Notes under the pieces: generated by a model | What the model saw: the letters and a program-made list of their open reading frames with translations, nothing else | Told to the model about the DNA's origin: nothing | Databases searched by the model: none | Source of the DNA: Octopus sinensis | Taxonomy: Eukaryota | Direction: 5' to 3' | NCBI RefSeq assembly: GCF_006345805.1 | Contig: NW_021826193.1 | Coordinates: forward strand, 1 to 13,306 | DNA length: 13,306 bases | Translations under genes and position numbers: made by a program | Part shown: one piece after another, positions 8,608 to 13,306 of the stretch | Layout of the letters: each line of letters starts with the position of its first letter | How positions within the stretch are numbered: the first letter of the stretch is position 1

Positions 8608-8660
8608 ATATTTTGACTGATGAAGATTGAACGAAATTTCAAAAATGACGTTTCAAATAT
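8608..8660 (+). ncRNA. Candidate minimal type I hammerhead ribozyme (degenerate)
   Basis: Stem I: 8608-8616 pairs with 8653-8660 (8 bp, one bulged U). Core CUGAUGA at 8617-8623. One G-C pair (8625/8632) as stem II. GAAA at 8633-8636. Stem III 8636-8641 with 8646-8651 (one G-U, one mismatch, AAAA loop). Cleavage triplet GUU at 8650-8652. Confidence 0.5.
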
Positions 8661-8674
8661 GTTGGGTCGAGTGG

Positions 8675-8752
8675 CAGCAGTGACGTTGGTGGCGTCGTCA
8701 GCGTCTGTGGCGTATGTGGTGGTGGTGTTGGTGGTGTTGGCGGTGTTGCATT
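8675..8752. repeat. Degenerate (GGT/GGC)n trinucleotide tract
   Basis: Direct reading. Confidence 0.8.
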
Positions 8753-8916
8753 GGGGATTGTATAGTAAGCGTGCCCTGGAGTGAAACAGTCTGTTATAAC
8801 TTTGATGGCTATCAATGTTTTTGGCTTCTAGTTCTCAATTTCGAATGATAACTGTATGAAATGTAGTAAGAAAATGATTAAAATGGCGGTTCGCAATGTT
8901 GATAAATACGCATCGT

Positions 8917-8970
8917 AAACAACAACAACAACGACGACGACGATAACAACAACAACAACAGCAACAACAT
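8917..8970. repeat. (AAC)n/(ACG)n microsatellite
   Basis: Direct reading. Confidence 0.9.
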
Positions 8971-9260
8971 AAACATTCGTTGTAATTGCTTCGTTTGATA
9001 TATTTTGGAAGGAGACCAATATTTTTGATTGAAACCTTTAATAGTCAATTGAGGTTTTGCTAGTATAATATGATGTCTGACAGCATTGGTGGATGTCGTG
9101 CTGTATAACGTGGCGAGACCAGTCCCTCTGCAGAACTTACAAGATGCTTGGCGTCACAGGGTCCAGAAGGCAGAATACCGTCAGGCTGGTTGTGGAGGTA
9201 GTAGAGGTGAGAGCCCTGGAATGGGGTAGTGTTACCAGGGGTAATACTAACAGGACGCAT

Positions 9261-9564
9261 TGTTTGTTCCTTCTCGAGCCATGCCTGGCTCATAAGGGCC
9301 GGTTTCCCGGTATCCTTGGCGTATAGGTTCCTCACCTGGACGGGACGCCGGTCCGTCGCAGGTGAGCTGCAAGATGCAGGAGGAAAGAGTGAGAGAAAGT
9401 TGTGGCAAAATAGTCAGCAGTAGTTCGCCATTACCTTCTGCCGGATCCACGTGGAGCTCAGGTGTTTTCGCTCATAAACACACACATCACCCGGTCTGAG
9501 ATTCGAACCCGCGATCTCGCGACCGCGAGTCCGCTGGTCTTACCACTAGGCCATGTGCCTCCAC
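9261..9564 (-). mobile_element. SINE family C, full length, 12-bp TSD
   Basis: The head matches 4389-4542. Flanking direct repeats AACAGGACGCAT (9249-9260) and AACAGGATGCAT (9565-9576) differ by one CpG-type transition. The minus-strand tail ends in aacaaaca. Confidence 0.92.
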
Positions 9565-9953
9565 AACAGGATGCATGCCGGGGCGTGATCAGTCCCAGTT
9601 GAGGATCAGCCTGCTTTAAGGGTATCTGATGTTGAAAGACTCGAAACCCCTATTGACCCCAAGAAACATCACTGATGATGTGTCCAGGGGCACCACAGAA
9701 TGATATGTAGGAAAAGAATTTGACCAATACTTTTGACGGCAGCCTCGAACGGTCAGTTGGAGTGTTGGTGATGCGATTCTCCATAAAGTGGTACATCTCT
9801 ACGTGTGAAATGCAGGGGTGTGACTCGAGGGAGACTTGGAAGCCATTAAAAGCAGACCGAACGCTCACAGAAAGGGACACCACTTTGTTCCCCACCTCTC
9901 ACTTTCCTTCTCTTTTGCAAAAAAGTTCAGATTATGTTTCCCCTAAGCATGTA

Positions 9954-10012
9954 CGAGGGCGACTCAGAAAGTAGCGCAATTTTTATTTGCATTACTTTCT
10001 GAATCACCCTCC
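9954..10012. mobile_element. 59-bp mariner-type mini-MITE made only of two TIRs
   Basis: CGAGGGCGACTCAGAAAGTAGCGCA (9954-9978), 9-nt spacer, TGCATTACTTTCTGAATCACCCTCC (9988-10012). TA at 9952-9953 and 10013-10014. Confidence 0.85.
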
Positions 10013-10020
10013 TAAATATA

Positions 10021-10249
10021 CGAGGGGTGCTGAAAATTTCCTGGCTTTAAGGGTATCTAAAAGGGATCGCGCGAATGTCGAGTCTGGAGGACCAGTCTTC
10101 CGAATTCTTTTACAGGGCTTAGAAAAACTGAAGGACCACTGCAATAAGTGTGTGAATCTGAAAGGGGTAAACGTTGAATAAAATCATAAGTAACTGATCC
10201 TCCTGTATTTTCTTTTATCCAAAGCCAGGAACTTTTCAGCATTCTCTCG
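10021..10249 (+). mobile_element. Non-autonomous mariner derivative, 229 bp, retaining transposase C-terminal codons
   Basis: Left TIR CGAGGGGTGCTGAAAATTTCCTGGCTTT. Right TIR AAAGCCAGGAACTTTTCAGCATTCTCTCG. TA on the left at 10019-10020. Encodes …LLQGLEKLKDHCNKCVNLKGVNVE*, resembling the mariner end 'GI.KL..RW.KC+..EG.YVE'. Confidence 0.88.
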
Positions 10250-10362
10250 TGTGCATGTGTGCGTGTGTGCGCGCGTGCGTGTGTATGTATGTATGTATGT
10301 ATATATATATGTATGTATGTATATATATGTATGTATGTATGCATATATATATATATATATAC
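10250..10362. repeat. Compound (TG)/(TATG)/(TA) microsatellite
   Basis: Direct reading. Confidence 0.95.
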
Positions 10363-10365
10363 GCA

Positions 10366-10451
10366 CAGAAGGTGCTGAAAAAGTTCCTGGCTTTAAGGGT
10401 GTTGCGAAAGGCCTATCTGGAGGCTCAGCCTTCCGAGTTCTTTTACAGGGC
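10366..10451 (+). mobile_element. Second, truncated copy of the 10021-10249 mariner derivative (left TIR plus about 55 bp)
   Basis: GGTGCTGAAAAAGTTCCTGGCTTTAAGGGT…TCTGGAGG…CTTCCGAGTTCTTTTACAGGGC aligns with 10026-10118. Confidence 0.85.
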
Positions 10452-10840
10452 CCAGAATTTGGGAAAGATATCACAAAGAATTTTTCTAGACGCTCTAAAG
10501 ATTCAGCCAATTCATCGCCGATGATTCGAGACACACTTTTGTGCGATTAAAAATTCGAAATGGTCACGCCTGGAAGGCCTTTAATAATGTTTGATGGATC
10601 ATAAAGCAGAGCTGACTTTGGGTGAAACAACAACAGTTTATTAAGAATGTCTAAGTTACACCATGAGAGATTTTGAGTGATTCTTTCTACATGGACGTTT
10701 GAACTGCTTGAAATAACAGCCAAATGTCCTTCAAATCATACGCTTCAATCTTAAAGATGTAAGAACATATCGGATGATGTAGTTTTAAATGCATGAAATC
10801 GGACCCAAAATATCGGATATCGGTCTTATTTTGTCTCTTA

Positions 10841-11266
10841 CTCTCTTTTACTCTTTTTACTCGTTTCTGTCATTTGACTGTGGCCAAGCTGAAGCACCGC
10901 CTTTAGTCGAGCAAATCGATCCCAGGAATTATTCTTTGTAAGCCTAGTACATATTCTATAGGTCTCTTTTGCCGAACCGCTAAGTTACGGGGACGTAAAC
11001 AGACCAGCATCAGTTGTAAAGCGATGTTGTGAGGGGGGGGGGGGGACAAACATATACACACACATACACACACATATATATATATATATATATACATATA
11101 TACTACGGGCTTCTTTCAGTTTCCGCCTACCAAATCCACTCACAAGGCTTTGGTCGGCCCGAGGCTATAGCAGAAGACACTTGCCCAAAGTGCCACGCAG
11201 TGGGACTGAACCCGGAAGCATGTGGTTCGAAAGCAAACTACTTACCACACAACCACTCCTACGCCT
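10841..11266 (-). mobile_element. SINE family A, near full length
   Basis: Collinear with 5842-6255, including the internal G-run and (CA)/(TA) tract. Confidence 0.92.
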
Positions 11267-11332
11267 AGTCTGGACAGAAAACCTTTAATAAAGGGTCTGC
11301 TGAATCTGGCCTCACTTAGGGATAAAAAGAAA

Positions 11333-11417
11333 TAACAACAACAACAACATCATCATCAACGACAACGACGACAATAACAACGACAATAACTACAATCAAT
11401 CAAGCAATCAATAATAA
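11333..11417. repeat. Degenerate (AAC/ATC/ACG/AAT)n tract
   Basis: Direct reading. Confidence 0.9.
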
Positions 11418-11632
11418 CGCGGGATCAAAACGAGACTTCTGTTGCTATCCAATTAACGTTGTTTGTTTTGGAGTTTATTCCAACGTAGCGATTGGGCGAA
11501 AAGCGTGACTCGTACGCACGGAAACTAACAGTAAGTCACCAGTGCTGGTTTCGGTTGATCGAATTAGATCAATAGATTACTTAATGGTATCGAGTACTGT
11601 TTCATTTGTTCATTATTACTGCTAACGTGGGT

Positions 11633-11663
11633 GTATATATATATATTCATGTTTATACATACA

Positions 11664-11733
<70 letters not shown>

Positions 11734-11782
11734 ATATATATGTACAGACATATATATATATGTACAGACATATATAAATATA
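11633..11782. repeat. (TACA)n-(TA)n compound microsatellite
   Basis: Direct reading. Includes a short duplication of atgtacagacatatata. Confidence 0.95.
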
Positions 11783-11895
11783 TTATTTAAAAAAGGTAAC
11801 AAAATCAAAGCAGGCCAAACTTATCCGTTCATTTAAATTAGTTTAATGGTGACGCGAAGTAAGCAAAATAAAACAAAATAGTGACCTGAACGCTT

Positions 11896-11980
11896 CCTCT
11901 TCTCTCTCTCTTTCTCTCTCTCTCTCTATATATATATATAAATAGTAATAATAATAATATATATATATATATATGTATGT
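11896..11980. repeat. (CT)n-(TA)n-(AAT)n compound microsatellite
   Basis: Direct reading. Confidence 0.93.
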
Positions 11981-12310
11981 ATGGGTACAGGACGTCACCA
12001 ACTGTGTAAACAACATGAAGTACGAAAACAAAGGAGTTAAATACGCAAACAACTAGAGAGAAAAAATGGAAAACAACTCAAGTAAACACAAGAACGACCC
12101 TTCATCAATTATCGATTGTCTATCTACTCCTCATTTCGAGCATTCAGCGACAATATGAGTCTTTAAAGACAGTTGCTCCCATAAATTCTAAAATAAAATT
12201 TAGGATTTATGGAGGGTCACAGCTGGGAACAAAAACATGATAGTGGAGACACACAAGGAAACCGAACGAAAAGACACATGGAGGGTCGTTTGACCAGAAC
12301 GAGGGGTAAA
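11981..12310 (-). mobile_element. Probable Penelope-like element terminal-repeat remnant
   Basis: Begins directly after a TA/TATG tract with ATGGGTACAGGACG, which is also found at 13134. The + strand is A-rich, and hammerhead-like words lie on the minus strand at about 12100-12150. The family call is partly recall and the right boundary is approximate. Confidence 0.4.
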
Positions 12311-12461
12311 ATAGTGAACGCTGGAAGAAATATTTTCTTTGCAAAGAGAAAAGATAGAAGAGGGAGCGAAGAAAAAGTTCAATCTGTTGAACGTCCGCGC
12401 AGAAACAGAAAGATGGTCGCGTGAGGAGAGGAAAGATGGACGATGAGCAACGTGTGAGTAA

Positions 12462-12562
12462 CGAGAGAGAGAAAAGAAAAAAAGGGGGAGAGAGAGAGAT
12501 AGACAGATAGAAAACGGTGAAAGAAAGAGGGGGAGAAAAAGGGGATTAGAGAAGGATGGAGG
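12462..12562. repeat. Low-complexity GA-rich tract
   Basis: Direct reading. Confidence 0.8.
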
Positions 12563-12641
12563 AAGAAAACAGTACAGAGTAGAGTCGCATCAAAAAGGTG
12601 AAGATAAACTTACTTGGAAATAGATGCGTCGCGTTCAGTTA

Positions 12642-12645
12642 AATA

Positions 12646-12706
<61 letters not shown>
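12642..12706. repeat. (TAA)n microsatellite, 5' flank of the Dong-like insert
   Basis: Direct reading. Confidence 0.97.
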
Positions 12707-13072
12707 CTAATTGATGTATCAATACCGGCAGATGACAACGTGTCTCTAAAAGAAATGGAGAAACTCTCAAAATACAAAGACCTGGAAATAGAGGTAACCA
12801 GAATGTGGAATCTAAAAACAGAACAATCCTATCATAGTAGGTGCATTAGGCATGATAAAAAAATTTCAGACAAATACTACAAAAACACCAGGACTTATAA
12901 ACACATATAACATACAGAAAATTGCACTACTAGGCACTGCACACATCCTACGCAGAATACTTTCCATACAATAACCATCAGAGCATCACAACAAATCACA
13001 GCACATACCCAAGGCACACAGAGCTGCGCTCGGTAGTGAAGTGAAAGCACGCTATAAAAAATAAAACTACTG
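12707..13072 (+). mobile_element. 5'-truncated R4/Dong-clade non-LTR retrotransposon (restriction-like endonuclease C-terminus plus 3' UTR)
   Basis: 12707-12974 reads LIDVSIPADDNVSLKEMEKLSKYKDLEIEVTRMWNLKT / PIIVGALGMIKK…TPGLINTYNIQKIALLGTAHILRRILSIQ*. The D…EK..KY motif of RLE domains is present. (AAT)n on both flanks. Confidence 0.9.
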
Positions 13073-13126
13073 AATAATAATAATAATAATGATGATGATG
13101 ATGATAATGATAATATATATATATAA
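13073..13126. repeat. (AAT)n/(GAT)n/(TA)n microsatellite
   Basis: Direct reading. Confidence 0.93.
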
Positions 13127-13306
13127 TGCATATATGGGTACAGGACGGCGTACTTGGTTACATGCAAGCATATATGTATAATGTACAAAGATACAAAGGC
13201 ACATGCAGATATCATGCATTCGTCGTTCAGCTAGTGCTGAAACAAAATTTGGAAGCACTTTAATCTAACAGGTACTCTGAAAGGGCCTGAAAAGAAATCA
13301 TGATAG

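Noticed and set aside
9613-9660. Hammerhead-like CTGATG…GACTCGAAACCCC
   Set aside because: A9 and the 5' strand of stem II are absent, and there is no plausible stem III or in-register stem I.
9672-9700. CTGATGA followed by a tgtg…caca hairpin
   Set aside because: It is followed by GAAT, not GAAA, and has no stem I/III complementarity.
9613-10058. 15-bp exact repeat GCTTTAAGGGTATCT at 9613-9627 and 10044-10058
   Set aside because: The flanks do not align, and a single 15-mer match in 13 kb of AT-rich DNA can arise by chance.
243-11266. Strand bias of SINEs (8 minus, 4 plus) as a sign of a host transcript
   Set aside because: Too few copies to differ from chance.
12209-12424. 71-aa basic ORF MEGHSWEQKH…
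   Set aside because: It lies in a purine-rich repeat remnant, is low complexity, and has no recognisable domain or splice context.
12608-12640. Minus-strand CAA|GTAAGT donor next to a small CpG cluster
   Set aside because: An isolated hexamer with no upstream acceptor or ORF before the (TAA)n tract.

Overview
AT-rich, repeat-saturated eukaryotic non-coding DNA (intron or intergenic). The SINE and transposon families look like ones I recall from Octopus genomes; that taxon call is recall, not a search result. I cannot support any intact host protein-coding gene. Most ORFs in the track are translations of microsatellites or SINEs. The window holds about 12 copies or fragments of tRNA-derived SINEs from 4-5 families, two with clear 12-bp TSDs. 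It also holds several Tc1/mariner relics: a 530-bp internally deleted mariner, nested MITEs and a 59-bp TIR-only mini-element. There are two 5'-truncated R4/Dong-type non-LTR fragments (one inside a (TAA)n tract), Penelope-like element remnants and many microsatellites. The most interesting signal is a compact, slightly degenerate type I hammerhead ribozyme fold at 8608-8660 (+). Other points are a 26-27 bp minisatellite formed inside a SINE, module shuffling among SINE families, and a CpG-rich patch with a GTAAGT donor at about 11420-11600.
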